A stretch of 64,000 bases of DNA. Source: Eledone cirrhosa (lineage: Eukaryota). The notes under the pieces were generated by a model. It was not told the origin of the DNA. It was given only the letters and a program-made list of their open reading frames with translations, and made no database searches. How positions within the stretch are numbered: the first letter of the stretch is position 1; the number at the start of each line of letters is the position of its first letter. Below are positions 15,601 to 31,471 of this stretch, piece by piece. Where the stretch lies: the NCBI GenBank assembly GCA_964016885.1, contig OZ024746.1, forward strand, positions 51,956,001-52,020,000, read 5' to 3'. A program made the position numbers and the translations under genes.

Positions 15601-18600
15601 ATTCTATGTATTGGGTATGTTATACTTTGAATAGAGTAGTGTATGGTATAGAATGGTGTATATAGATGTGTGTTGTATGGTATGGAATTTTATGTATTGG
15701 GTATGTTATACTTAATATGGAGTAGTGTATGGTATAGAATGCTGTATATATGTGTGTGTTGTATGGTATGGAATTCTATGTATTGGGTATGTTATACTTA
15801 GTATGGAGTAGTGTATGGTATAGAATGGTGTATATAGGTGTGTGTTGTATGGTATGGAATTCTATGTATTGGGTATGTTATACTGAGTATGGAGTAGTGT
15901 ATGGTATAGAATGGTGTATATAGGTGTGTGTTGTATGGTATGGAATTCTATGTATTGGGTATGTTATATTTTGTATGGTGTAGTGGATGGTATAGAATGG
16001 TGTATATAGGTATGTGTTGTATGGTATGGAATTCTATGTATTGTTATGTTATACTGAGTATGGAGTAGTGTATGGTATAGAATGGTGTATATAGGTGTGT
16101 GTTGTATGGTATGGAATTCTATGTATTGGGTATGTTTTACTTAGTATGGAGTAGTGTATGGCGTAGAATGGTGTATATAGGTGTGTGTTGTACGGTATGG
16201 AATTCTATGTATTGGGTATGTTATAGTTAGTATGGAGTAGTGTATGGCATATAATGGTGTATATAGGTGTGTGTTGTATGGTATGGAATTCTATGTATTG
16301 GGTATGTTATATTTAGTATGGAGTAGTGTATGGTATAGAATGGTGTATATAGTTGTGTGTTGTATGTTATGGAATTCTATGTATTAGTATGTTATACTGA
16401 GTATGGAGTAGTGTATGGTATAGAATGGTGTATATAGGTGTGTGTTGTATGGTATGGAATTCTATGAATTGGGTATGTTATATTTAGTATAGAGTAGTGT
16501 ATGGTATAGACTGGTGTATATAGGTGTGTGTTGTATGGTATGGAATTATATGTATTGGTTATGTTATATTTAGTATAGAGTAGTGTATGGCATAGAATGG
16601 TGTATATAGGTGTGTGTTGTATGGCATGGAATGCTATGTATTGGGTATGTTATAATTTGTATGGAGTAGTGTATTGTATAGAATGGTGTATATAGGTGTG
16701 TGTTGTATGGTATGGAATTCTATGAATTGGGTATGTTATATTTAGTATGGAGTAGTGTATGGTATAGAATGGTGTATATAGATGTGTGTTGTATGGTATG
16801 GAATTCTATGTATTGGGTATGTTATACTTAGTATGGAGTAGTGTATGGTATAGAATGGTGTATATAGGTGTGTGTAGTATGGTATGGAATTCTATGTATT
16901 AGGTATGTTATACTGAGTATGGAGTAGTGTATGGTATAGTATGGTGTATATAGGTGTGTGTTGTATGGTATAGAATTCTATGAATTGGGTATGTTATATT
17001 TAGTATGGAGTAGTGTATGGCATAGAATGGTGTATATAGGTGTGTCTTGTATGGTATGGAATTCTATGTATTGGGTATGTTATACTTTGAATAGAGTAGT
17101 GTATGGTATATAATAGTATATATAGGTGTGTGTTGTATGGTATGGAATGCTATGTATTGGGTATGTTATACTTTGTATGGAGGAGTGTATGGTATAGAAT
17201 GGTGTATATAGGTGTGTGTTGTATGGTATGGAATTATATGTATTGGGTATGTTATACTTAGTATGGTGTAGTGTATGGTATAGAATGGTGTATACAGGTG
17301 TGTGTTGTATGGTATGGAGTTTGTTGTATTGGTTATGTTATACTTAGTATGGAGTAGTGTATGGTATAGCCTGGTGTATATAGGTGTATGTTGTATGGTA
17401 TGGAATGCTATGTATTGGGTATGTTATATTAGTATGGAGTAGTGTATGGTATAGTATGGTGTATATAGTTGTGTGTCTTGTATGGTAAGGAATTCTATGT
17501 ATTGGGTATGTTATACTTTGAATAGAGTAGTGTATGGTATAGAATGGTGTATATAGGTGTGTGTTGTATGGTATGGAATTCTATGTATTGGGTATGTTAT
17601 ACTTAGTATGGAGTAGTGTATGGCATAGACTGGTGTATATAGGTGTGTGTTGTAGGGTATGGAATGCTATGTACTGGGTATGTTATACTTTGTATGGAGT
17701 AGTGTATGGCATAGATTGGTGTATATAGGTGTGTGTTGTATGGTATGGAATTCTATGAGTTGGGTATGTTAAATTTAGTATGGATTAGTGTATGGTATAG
17801 AATGGTGTATATAGGTTTGTGTTGTATGGTATGGAATTCTATGTATTACGTATGTTATACTGAGTATGGAGTAGTGTATGGTATAGAATGGTGTATATAG
17901 GTGTGTGTTGTATGGTATGGAATTCTATGAATTGGGTATGTTATATTTAGTATGGAGTAGTGTATGGTATAGAATGGTGTATATAGGTTTGTCATGTATG
18001 GTATGGAATTCTATGTATTGGGTTTGTTATACTTTGTATGGAGTAGTGTATGGTATATAATGGTGTATATAGGTGTGTGTTGTATGGTATCGAATTCTAT
18101 GTATTGGTTATGTTATACTATGTATGGAGTAGTGTATGGTATAGAATGGTGTATATAGGTGTGTGTTGTATGGTATGGAATTCTATGTATTGGGTATGTT
18201 ATACTTAGTATGGAGTAGTGTATGGTATAGAATGGTGTATATAGGTGTGTGTTGTATGGTATGGAATTCTATGTATTGGGTATGTTATACTGAGTATGGA
18301 GTAGTGTATGGTATAGAATGGTGTATATAGGTGTGTGTTGTATGGTATGGAATTCTATGTATTGGGTATGTTATATTTTGTATGGTGTAGTGTATGGTAT
18401 AGAATGGTGTATATAGGTGTGTGTTGTATGGTATGGAATTCTATGTATCGTTATGTTATACTTAGAATGGAGGAGTGTATGGTATAGAATGGTGTATATA
18501 GGTGTGTGTTGTACGGTATGGAATTCTATGTATTGGGTATGTTATACTTAGTATGGAGTAGTGTATGGCATAGAATGGTGTATATAGGTGTGTGTTGTAT

Positions 18601-19799
18601 GGTATGGAATTATATGTATTGTGTATGTTATACTTTGTATGGAGTAGTGTATGGTATAGAATGGTGTATATGGGTGTGTGTTGTATGGTATGGAATTCTA
18701 TGTATTGGGTATGTTATACTTTGTATGGAGTAGTGTATGGTATAGAATGGTGTATATAGATGTGTGTTGTATGGTATGGAATTCTATGTATTAGGTATGT
18801 TATACTGAGTATGGAGTAGTGTATGGTATAGAATGGTGTATATAGGTGTGTGTTGTATGGTATGGAATTCTATGTATTAGTATGTTATACTGAATATGCA
18901 GTAGTGTATGGTATAGAATGGTGTATATAGGTGTGTGTTGTATGGTATGGAATTCTATGAATTGGGTATGTTATATTTAGTATAGAGTAGTGTATGGTAT
19001 CGACTGGTGTATATAGGTGTGTGTTGTATGGTATGGAATTCTATGTATTGGTTATGTTATATTTAGTAAGGAGTAGTCTATGGCATAGAATGGTGTATAT
19101 AGGTGTCTGTTGTATGGTATGGAATCCTATGTATTGGGTATGTTATACTTTGTATGGAGTAGTGTATGGTAATAGAATGGTGTATATAGGTGTGTGTTGT
19201 ATGGTATGGAATGCTATGTATAGGGTATGTTATATTTAGTATGGAGTAGAGTATGGTATAGAATGGTGTATATAGGTGTGTGTAGTATGGTATGGAATTC
19301 TATGTATTGGTTATGTTATATTTAGTATGGAGTAGTGTATGGCATAGAATGGTGTATATAGGTGTGTGTTGTATGGTATGGAATTCTATGTATTGGGTAT
19401 GTTATACTTAGTATGGAGTAGTGTATGGTATAGTATGGTGTATATAGGTGTGTCTTGTATGGTAAGGAATTCTATGTATTGGGTATGTTATACTTTGAAT
19501 AGAGTAGTGTATGGTATAGATTGGTGTATATAGGTGTGTGTTGTATGGTATGGAATTCTATGTATTGGGTATGTTATACTTAGTATGGAGTAGTGTATGG
19601 CATAGACTGGTGTATATAGGTGTGTGTTGTAGGGTATGGAATACTATGTACTGGTTATGTTATACTTTGTATGGAGTAGTGTATGGCATAGATTGGTGTA
19701 TATAGGTGTGTGTTGTATGGTATGGAATTCTATGAGTTGGGTATGTTAAATTTAGTATGGAATAGTGTATGACATAGACTGGTGTATATAGGTGTGTGT

Positions 19800-22700
19800 T
19801 GCATGGTATCGAATTCTATGTATTGGTTATGTTATACTTTGTATGGAGTAGTGTATGGTATAGAATGTTGTATATAGGTGTGTGTTGTATGGTATGGAAT
19901 TCTATGTATTGGTTATGTTATACTTAGTATGGAGTAGTGTATGGTATAGAATGGTGTATATAGGTGTGTCTTGTATGGTAAGGAATTCTATGTATTGGGT
20001 ATGTTATACTTTGAATAGAGTAGTGTATGGTATAGAATGGTGTATATAGGTGTGTGTTGTATGGTATGGAATTCTATGTATTGTTATGTTATACTGAGTA
20101 TGGAGTAGTGTATGGTATAGAATGGTGTATATAGGTGTGTGTTGTATGGTATGGAATTCTATGTATTTGTATGTTTTACTTAGTATGGAGTAGTGTATGG
20201 CATAGAATGGTGTATATAGGTGTGTGTTGTACGGTATGGAATTCTATGTATTGGGTATGTTATACTTAGTATGGAGTAGTGTATGGTATAGAATGGTGTA
20301 TATAGGTGTGTGTTGTATGGTATGGAATTCTATGTATTAGTTATGTTATACTGAGTATGGAGTAGTGTATGGTATAGAATGGTGTATATAGGTGTGTGTT
20401 GTATGGTATGGAATTCTATGTATTGGGTATGTTATACTGAGTATGGAGTAGTGTATGGTATAGAATGGTGTATATAGGTGTGTGTTGTATGGTATGGAAT
20501 TCTAAGTATTGGGTATGTTATACTGTGTATGGAGTAGTGTATGGTATAGAATGGTGTATATAGATGTGTGTTGCATGGTATCGAATTCTATGTATTGGGT
20601 ATGTTATACTTTTTATGGAGTAGTGTATCGTATAGAATGGTGTATATAGGTGTGTCTTGTATGGTAAGGAATTCTATGTATTGGGTATGTTATACTTTGA
20701 ATAGAGTAGTGTATGGTATAGAATGGTGTATATAGATGTGTGTTGTATGGTATGGAATTTTATGTATTGGGTATGTTATACTTAATATGGAGTAGTGTAT
20801 GGTATAGAATGCTGTATATATGTGTGTGTTGTATGATATGGAATTCAATGTATTGGGTATGTTATACTTAGTATGGAGTAGTGTATGGTATAGAATGGTG
20901 TATATAGGTGTGTGTTGTATGGTATGGAATTCTATGTATTGGGTATGTTATACTGAGTATGGAGTAGTGTATGGTATAGAATGGTGTATATAGGTGTGTG
21001 TTGTATGGTATGGAATTCTATGTATTGGGTATGTTATATTTTGTATGGTGTAGTGGATGGTATAGAATGGTGTATATAGGTATGTGTTGTATGGTATGGA
21101 ATTCTATGTATTGTTATGTTATACTGAGTATGGAGTAGTGTATGGTATAGAATGGTGTATATAGGTGTGTGTTGTATGGTATGGAATTCTATGTATTGGG
21201 TATGTTTTACTTAGTATGGAGTAGTGTATGGCGTAGAATGGTGTATATAGGTGTGTGTTGTACGGTATGGAATTCTATGTATTGGGTATGTTATAGTTAG
21301 TATGGAGTAGTGTATGGCATAGAATGGTGTATATAGGTGTGTGTTGTATGGTATGGAATTCTATGTATTGGGTATGTTATATTTAGTATGGAGTAATGTA
21401 TAGAATGGTGTATATAGGTGTGTGTTGTATGTTATGGAATTCTATGTATTAGTATGTTATACTGAGTATGGAGTAGTGTATGGTATAGAATGGTGTATAT
21501 AGGCGTGTGTTGTATGGTATGGAATTCTATGAATTGGGTATGTTATATTTAGTATAGAGTAGTGTATGGTATAGACTGGTGTATATAGGTGTGTGTGGTA
21601 TGGTATGGAATTATATGTATTGGTTATGTTATATTTAGTATGGAGTAGTGTATGGCATAGAATGGTGTATATAGGTGTGTGTTGTATGGTATGGAATTCT
21701 ATGTATTGGGTATGTTATACTTAGTATGGTGTAGTGTATGGTATAGAATGGTGTATACAGGTGTGTGTTGTATGGTATGGAATTCTATGTATTGGTTATG
21801 TTATACTTAGTATGGAGCAGTGTATGGCATAGAATGGTGTATATAGGTGTGTGTTGTGTGGTATGGAATTCTATGTATTGGGTATGTTATAATTTATAAG
21901 GAGTAGTGTATGGTATAGAATGATGTATATAGGTGTGTGTTGTATGGTATAGAATTCTATGTATTGTGTATGTTATACTTAGTATGGAGTAGTGTATGGT
22001 ATCGAATGGTGTATGTAGGTGTGTGTTGTATGGTATGGAATTCTATGAATTGGGTATGTTATATTTAGTATGGAGTAGTGTATGGTATAGAATGGCGTAT
22101 ATAGGTGTGTGTTGTATGGTATGGAATTCTATGTATTGGGTATGTTATACTTAGTATGGAGTAGTGTATGGTATAGAATGGTGTATATAGGTGTGTGTAG
22201 TATGGTATGGAATTCTATGTATTAGGTATGTTATACTGAGTATGGAGTAGTGTATGGTATAGAATGGTGTATATAGGTGTGTGTTGTATGGTATAGAATT
22301 CTATGAATTGGGTATGTTATATTTAGTATGGAGTAGTGTATGGCATAGAATGGTGTATATAGGTGTGTCTTGTATGGTATGGAATTCTATGTATTGGGTA
22401 TGTTATACTTTGAATAGAGTAGTGTATGGTATATAATAGTATATATAGGTGTGTGTTGTATGGTATGGAATGCTATGTATTGGGTATGCTATACTTTGTA
22501 TGGAGGAGTGTATGGTAAGGAATGGTGTATATAGGTGTGTGTTGTATGGTATGGAATTATATGTATTGGGTATGTTATACTTAGTATGGTGTAGTGTATG
22601 GTATAGAATGGTGTATACAGGTGTGTGTTGTATGGTATGGAATTCATTGTATTGGTTATGTTATACTTAGTATGGAGTAGTGTATGGTATAGACTGTTGT

Positions 22701-25570
22701 ATATAGGTGTGTGTTGTATGGTATGGAATGCTATGTATTGGGTATGTTATACTTAGTATGGAGTAGAGTATGGTATAGAATGGTGTATATAGGTGTGTGT
22801 AGTATGGTATGGAATTCTATGTATTGGTTATGTTATACTTAGTATGGAGTAGAGTATGGTATAGAATGGTGTATATAGGTGTGTGTTGCATGGTATCGAA
22901 TTCTATGTATTGGTTATGTTATACTTTGTATGGAGTAGTGTATGGTATAGAATGGTGTATATAGGTGTGTGTTGTATGGTATGGAATTCTATGTATTGGT
23001 TATGTTATACTTAGTATGGAGTAGTGTATGGTATAGAATGGTGTATATAGGTGTGTCTTGTATGGTAAGGAATTCTATGTATTGGGTATGTTATACTTTG
23101 AATAGAGTAGTGTATGTTATAGAATGGTGTATATAGGTGTGTGTTGTATGGTATGGAATTCTATGTATTGTTATGTTATACTGAGTATGGAGTAGTGTAT
23201 GGTATATAATGGTGTATATAGGTGTGTGTTGTATGGTATGGAATTCTATGTATTTGTATGTTTTACTTAGTATGGAGTAGTGTATGGCATAGAATGGTGT
23301 ATATAGGTGTGTGTTGTACGGTATGGAATTCTATGTATTGGGTATGTTATACTTAGTATGGAGTAGTGTATGGTATAGAATGGTGTATATAGGTGTGTGT
23401 TGTATGGTATGGAATTCTATGTATTAGGTATGTTATACTGAGTATGGAGTAGTGTATGGTATAGAATGGTGTATATAGGTGTGTGTTGTATGGTATGGAA
23501 TTCTATGTATTGGGTATGTTATACTGAGTATGGAGTAGTGTATGGTATAGAATGGTGTATATAGGTGTGTGTTGTATGGTATGGAATTCTAAGTATTGGG
23601 TATGTTATACTGTGTATGGAGTAGTGTATGGTATAGAATGGTGTATATAGATGTGTGTTGCATGGTATCGAATTCTATGTATTGGGTATGTTATACTTTT
23701 TATGGAGTAGTGTATCGTATAGAATGGTGTATATAGGTGTGTCTTGTATGGTAAGGAATTCTATGTATTGGGTATGTTATACTTTGAATAGAGTAGTGTA
23801 TGGTATAGAATGGTGTATATAGATGTGTGTTGTATGGTATGGAATTTTATGTATTGGGTATGTTATACTTAATATGGAGTAGTGTATGGTATAGAATGCT
23901 GTATATATGTGTGTGTTGTATGATATGGAATTCAATGTATTGGGTATGTTATACTTAGTATGGAGTAGTGTATGGTATAGAATGGTGTATATAGGTGTGT
24001 GTTGTATGGTATGGAATTCTATGTATTGGGTATGTTATACTGAGTATGGAGTAGTGTATGGTATAGAATGGTGTATATAGGTGTGTGTTGTATGGTATGG
24101 AATTCTATGTATTGGGTATGTTATATTTAGTATGGAGTAATGTATAGAATGGTGTATATAGGTGTGTGTTGTATGTTATGGAATTCTATGTATTAGTATG
24201 TTATACTGAGTATGGAGTAGTGTATGGTATAGAATGGTGTATATAGGTGTGTGTTGTATGGTATGGAATTCTATGAATTGGGTATGTTATATTTAGTATA
24301 GAGTAGTGTATGGTATAGACTGGTGTATATAGGTGTGTGTGGTATGGTATGGAATTATATGTATTGGTTATGTTATATTTAGTATGGAGTAGTGTATGGC
24401 ATATAATGGTGTATATAGGTGTGTGTTGTATGGTATGGAATTCTATGTATTGGGTATGTTATACTTAGTATGGTGTAGTGTATGGTATAGAATGGTGTAT
24501 ACAGGTGTGTGTTGTATGGTATGGAATTCTATGTATTGGTTATGTTATACTTAGTATGGAGCAGTGTATGGCATAGAATGGTGTATATAGGTGTGTGTTG
24601 TGTGGTATGGAATTCTATGTATTGGGTATGTTATAATTTATAAGGAGTAGTGTATGGTATAGAATGATGTATATAGGTGTGTGTTGTATGGTATAGAATT
24701 CTATGTATTGTGTATGTTATACTTAGTATGGAGTAGTGTATGGTATCGAATGGTGTATGTAGGTGTGTGTTGTATGGTATGGAATTCTATGAATTGGGTA
24801 TGTTATATTTAGTATGGAGTAGTGTATGGTATAGAATGGCGTATATAGGTGTGTGTTGTATGGTATGGAATTCTATGTATTGGGTATGTTATACTTAGTA
24901 TGGAGTAGTGTATGGTATAGAATGGTGTATATAGGTGTGTGTAGTATGGTATGGAATTCTATGTATTAGGTATGTTATACTGAGTATGGAGTAGTGTATG
25001 GTATAGAATGGTGTATATAGGTGTGTGTTGTATGGTATAGATTTCTATGAATTGGGTATGTTATATTTAGTATGGAGTAGTGTATGGCATAGAATGGTGT
25101 ATATAGGTGTGTCTTGTATGGTATGGAATTCTATGTATTGGGTATGTTATACTTTGAATAGAGTAGTGTATGGTATATAATAGTATATATAGGTGTGTGT
25201 TGTATGGTATGGAATGCTATGTATTGGGTATGTTATACTTTGTATGGAGGAGTGTATGGTAAGGAATGGTGTATATAGGTGTGTGTTGTATGGTATGGAA
25301 TTATATGTATTGGGTATGTTATACTTAGTATGGTGTAGTGTATGGTATAGAATGGTGTATACAGGTGTGTGTTGTATGGTATGGAATTCATTGTATTGGT
25401 TATGTTATACTTAGTATGGAGTAGTGTATGGTATAGACTGGTGTATATAGGTGTGTGTTGTATGGTATGGAATGCTATGTATTGGGTATGTTATACTTAG
25501 TATGGAGTAGAGTATGGTATAGAATGGTGTATATAGGTGTGTGTAGTATGGTATGGAATTCTATGTATTG
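19800..25570. repeat. Imperfect tandem duplication: about 3087-bp (36-monomer) block, then a copy lacking 4 monomers (offset becomes 2744)
   Basis: GCATGGTATCGAATTC...TTGGTT at 19801 and 22888. TATGATATGGAATTCAATG at about 20832 and 23919. GAGTAATGTATAG at 21391 and 24135. Near-identical ORFs at 22449 and 25193. Confidence 0.85.
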
Positions 25571-28500
25571 GTTATGTTATATTTAGTATGGAGTAGTGTA
25601 TGGCATAGAATGGTGTATATAGGTGTGTGTTGTATGGTATGGAATGCTATGTATTGGGTATGTTATAATTTGTATGGAGTAGTGTATGGTATAGAATGGT
25701 GTATATAGGTGTGTGTTGTATGGTATGGAATTCTATGTATTGGGTATGTTATACTTAGTATGGTGTAGTGTATGGTATACAATGGTGTATACAGGTGTGT
25801 GTTGTATGGTATGGAATTCTATGTATTGGTTATGTTATACTTAGTATGGAGCAGTGTATGGCATAGAATGGTGTATATAGGTGTGTGTTGTGTGGTATGG
25901 AATTCTATGTATTGGGTATGTTATAATTTATAAGGAGTAGTGTATGGTATAGAATGATGTATATAGGTGTGTGTTGTATGGTATAGAATTCTATGTATTG
26001 TGTATGTTATACTTAGTATGGAGTAGTGTATGGTATCGAATGGTGTATGTAGGTGTGTGTTGTATGGTATGGAATTCTATGAATTGGGTATGTTATATTT
26101 AGTATGGAGTAGTGTATGGTATAGAATGGCGTATATAGGTGTGTGTTGTATGGTATGGAATTCTATGTATTGGGTATGTTATATTTTGTATGGTGTAGTG
26201 TATGGTATAGAATGGTGTATATAGGTGTGTGTTGTATGGTATGGAATTCTATGTATCGTTATGTTATACTTAGAATGGAGGAGTGTATGGTATAGAATGG
26301 TGTATATAGGTGTGTGTTGTACGGTATGTAATTCTATGTATTGCGTATGTTATACTTAGTATGGAGTAGTGTATGGCATAGAATGGTGTATATAGGTGTG
26401 TGTTGTATGGTATGGAATTATATGTATTGTGTATGTTATACTTTGTATGGAGTAGTGTATGGTATAGAATGGTGTATATGGGTGTGTGTTGTATGGTATG
26501 GAATTCTATGTATTGGGTATGTTATACTGAATATGGAGTAGTGTATGGTATAGAATGGTGTATATAGGTGTGTGTTGTATGGTATGGAATTCTATGAATT
26601 GGGTATGTTATATTTAGTATAGAGTAGTGTATGGTATCGACTGGTGTATATAGGTGTGTGTTGTATGGTATGGAATTCTATGTATTGGTTATGTTATATT
26701 TAGTATGGAGTAGTCTATGGCATTGAATGGTGTATATAGGTGTCTGTTGTATGGTATGGAATCCTATGTATTGGGTATGTTATACTTTGTATGGAGTAGT
26801 GTATGGTAATAGAATGGTGTATATAGGTGTGTGTTGTATGGTATGGAATGCTATGTATAGGGTATGTTATATTTAGTATGGAGTAGAGTATGGTATAGAA
26901 TGGTGTATATAGGTGTGTGTAGTATGGTATGGAATTCTATGTATTGGTTATGTTATATTTAGTATGGAGTAGTGTATGGCATAGAATGGTGTATATAGGT
27001 GTGTGTTGTATGGTATGGAATTCTATGTATTGGGTATGTTATACTTAGTATGGAGTAGTGTATGGTATAGTATGGTGTATATAGGTGTGTCTTTTATGGT
27101 AAGGAATTCTATGTATTGGGTATGTTATACTTTGAATAGAGTAGTGTATGGTATAGATTGGTGTATATAGGTGTGTGTTGTATGGTATGGAATTCTATGT
27201 ATTGGGTATGTTATACTTAGTATGGAGTAGTGTATGGCATATACTGGTGTATATAGGTGTGTGTTGTAGGGTATGGAATACTATGTACTGGGTATGTTAT
27301 ACTTTGTATGGAGTAGTGTATGGCATAGATTGGTGTATATAGGTTTTGTGTTGTATGGTATGGAATTCTATGAGTTGGGTATGTTAAATTTAGTATGGAA
27401 TAGTGTATGACATAGACTGGTGTATATAGGTGTGTGTTGCATGGTATCGAATTCTATGTATTGGTTATGTTATACTTTGTATGGAGTAGTGTATGGTATA
27501 GAATGGTGTATATAGGTGTGTGTTGTATGGTATGGAATTCTATGTATTGGTTATGTTATACTTAGTATGGAGTAGTGTATGGTATAGAATGGTGTATATA
27601 GGTGTGTCTTGTATGGTAAGGAATTCTATGTATAGGGTATGTTATACTTTGAATAGAGTAGTGTATGGTATAGAATGGTGTATATAGGTGTGTGTTGTAT
27701 GGTATGGAATTCTATGTATTGTTATGTTATACTGAGTATGGAGTAGTGTATGGTATAGAATGGTGTATATAGGTGTGTGTTGTATGGTATGGAATTCTAT
27801 GTATTAGGTATGTTATACTGAGTATGGAGTAGTGTATGGTATAGAATGGTGTATATAGGTGTGTATTGTATGGTATGGAATTCTATGTATTGGGTATGTT
27901 ATATTTAGTATGGAGTAGTGTATGGCATATAATGGTGTATATAGGTGTGTGTTGTATGGTATGGAATTCTATGTATTGGGTATGTTATACTTAGTATGGT
28001 GTAGTGTATGGTATAGAATGGTGTATACAGGTGTGTGTTGTATGGTATGGAATTCTATGTATTGGTTATGTTATACTTAGTATGGAGCAGTGTATGGCAT
28101 AGAATGGTGTATATAGGTGTGTGTTGTGTGGTATGGAATTCTATGTATTGGGTATGTTATAATTTATAAGGAGTAGTGTATGGTATAGAATGATGTATAT
28201 AGGTGTGTGTTGTATGGTATAGAATTCTATGTATTGTGTATGTTATACTTAGTATGGAGTAGTGTATGGTATCGAATGGTGTATGTAGGTGTGTGTTGTA
28301 TGGTATGGAATTCTATGAATTGGGTATGTTATATTTAGTATGGAGTAGTGTATGGTATAGAATGGCGTATATAGGTGTGTGTTGTATGGTATGGAATTCT
28401 ATGTATTGGGTATGTTATACTTAGTATGGAGTAGTGTATGGTATAGAATGGTGTATATAGGTGTGTGTAGTATGGTATGGAATTCTATGTATTAGGTATG

Positions 28501-31429
28501 TTATACTGAGTATGGAGTAGTGTATGGTATAGAATGGTGTATATAGGTGTGTGTTGTATGGTATAGATTTCTATGAATTGGGTATGTTATATTTAGTATG
28601 GAGTAGTGTATGGCATAGAATGGTGTATATAGGTGTGTCTTGTATGGTATGGAATTCTATGTATTGGGTATGTTATACTTTGAATAGAGTAGTGTATGGT
28701 ATATAATAGTATATATAGGTGTGTGTTGTATGGTATGGAATGCTATGTATTGGGTATGTTATACTTTGTATGGAGGAGTGTATGGTAAGGAATGGTGTAT
28801 ATAGGTGTGTGTTGTATGGTATGGAATTATATGTATTGGGTATGTTATACTTAGTATGGTGTAGTGTATGGTATAGAATGGTGTATACAGGTGTGTGTTG
28901 TATGGTATGGAATTCATTGTATTGGTTATGTTATACTTAGTATGGAGTAGTGTATGGTATAGACTGGTGTATATAGGTGTGTGTTGTATGGTATGGAATG
29001 CTATGTATTGGGTATGTTATACTTAGTATGGAGTAGAGTATGGTATAGAATGGTGTATATAGGTGTGTGTAGTATGGTATGGAATTCTATGTATTGGTTA
29101 TGTTATATTTAGTATGGAGTAGTGTATGGCATAGAATGGTGTATATAGGTGTGTGTTGTATGGTATGGAATGCTATGTATTGGGTATGTTATAATTTGTA
29201 TGGAGTAGTGTATGGTATAGAATGGTGTATATAGGTGTGTGTTGTATGGTATGGAATTCTATGTATTGGGTATGTTATACTTAGTATGGTGTAGTGTATG
29301 GTATACAATGGTGTATACAGGTGTGTGTTGTATGGTATGGAATTCTATGTATTGGTTATGTTATACTTAGTATGGAGCAGTGTATGGCATAGAATGGTGT
29401 ATATAGGTGTGTGTTGTGTGGTATGGAATTCTATGTATTGGGTATGTTATAATTTATAAGGAGTAGTGTATGGTATAGAATGATGTATATAGGTGTGTGT
29501 TGTATGGTATAGAATTCTATGTATTGTGTATGTTATACTTAGTATGGAGTAGTGTATGGTATCGAATGGTGTATGTAGGTGTGTGTTGTATGGTATGGAA
29601 TTCTATGAATTGGGTATGTTATATTTAGTATGGAGTAGTGTATGGTATAGAATGGCGTATATAGGTGTGTGTTGTATGGTATGGAATTCTATGTATTGGG
29701 TATGTTATATTTTGTATGGTGTAGTGTATGGTATAGAATGGTGTATATAGGTGTGTGTTGTATGGTATGGAATTCTATGTATCGTTATGTTATACTTAGA
29801 ATGGAGGAGTGTATGGTATAGAATGGTGTATATAGGTGTGTGTTGTACGGTATGTAATTCTATGTATTGCGTATGTTATACTTAGTATGGAGTAGTGTAT
29901 GGCATAGAATGGTGTATATAGGTGTGTGTTGTATGGTATGGAATTATATGTATTGTGTATGTTATACTTTGTATGGAGTAGTGTATGGTATAGAATGGTG
30001 TATATGGGTGTGTGTTGTATGGTATGGAATTCTATGTATTGGGTATGTTATACTGAATATGGAGTAGTGTATGGTATAGAATGGTGTATATAGGTGTGTG
30101 TTGTATGGTATGGAATTCTATGAATTGGGTATGTTATATTTAGTATAGAGTAGTGTATGGTATCGACTGGTGTATATAGGTGTGTGTTGTATGGTATGGA
30201 ATTCTATGTATTGGTTATGTTATATTTAGTATGGAGTAGTCTATGGCATTGAATGGTGTATATAGGTGTCTGTTGTATGGTATGGAATCCTATGTATTGG
30301 GTATGTTATACTTTGTATGGAGTAGTGTATGGTAATAGAATGGTGTATATAGGTGTGTGTTGTATGGTATGGAATGCTATGTATAGGGTATGTTATATTT
30401 AGTATGGAGTAGAGTATGGTATAGAATGGTGTATATAGGTGTGTGTAGTATGGTATGGAATTCTATGTATTGGTTATGTTATATTTAGTATGGAGTAGTG
30501 TATGGCATAGAATGGTGTATATAGGTGTGTGTTGTATGGTATGGAATTCTATGTATTGGGTATGTTATACTTAGTATGGAGTAGTGTATGGTATAGTATG
30601 GTGTATATAGGTGTGTCTTTTATGGTAAGGAATTCTATGTATTGGGTATGTTATACTTTGAATAGAGTAGTGTATGGTATAGATTGGTGTATATAGGTGT
30701 GTGTTGTATGGTATGGAATTCTATGTATTGGGTATGTTATACTTAGTATGGAGTAGTGTATGGCATATACTGGTGTATATAGGTGTGTGTTGTAGGGTAT
30801 GGAATACTATGTACTGGGTATGTTATACTTTGTATGGAGTAGTGTATGGCATAGATTGGTGTATATAGGTTTTGTGTTGTATGGTATGGAATTCTATGAG
30901 TTGGGTATGTTAAATTTAGTATGGAATAGTGTATGACATAGACTGGTGTATATAGGTGTGTGTTGCATGGTATCGAATTCTATGTATTGGTTATGTTATA
31001 CTTTGTATGGAGTAGTGTATGGTATAGAATGGTGTATATAGGTGTGTGTTGTATGGTATGGAATTCTATGTATTGGTTATGTTATACTTAGTATGGAGTA
31101 GTGTATGGTATAGAATGGTGTATATAGGTGTGTCTTGTATGGTAAGGAATTCTATGTATAGGGTATGTTATACTTTGAATAGAGTAGTGTATGGTATAGA
31201 ATGGTGTATATAGGTGTGTGTTGTATGGTATGGAATTCTATGTATTGTTATGTTATACTGAGTATGGAGTAGTGTATGGTATAGAATGGTGTATATAGGT
31301 GTGTGTTGTATGGTATGGAATTCTATGTATTAGGTATGTTATACTGAGTATGGAGTAGTGTATGGTATAGAATGGTGTATATAGGTGTGTATTGTATGGT
31401 ATGGAATTCTATGTATTGGGTATGTTATA
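24369..31429. repeat. Tandem duplication of a 3526-bp (41-monomer) block: about 24369-27894 and 27895-31429
   Basis: Three identical ORF pairs (25193/28719, 26030/29556, 26341/29867), all offset by 3526. Private variants GTATACAATG, GGCATTGAAT, AGGTTTTGTG and GTGTATTGTA are duplicated. Confidence 0.95.
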
Positions 31430-31471
31430 CTGAGTATGGAGTAGTGTATGGTATAGAATGGTGTATATAGG

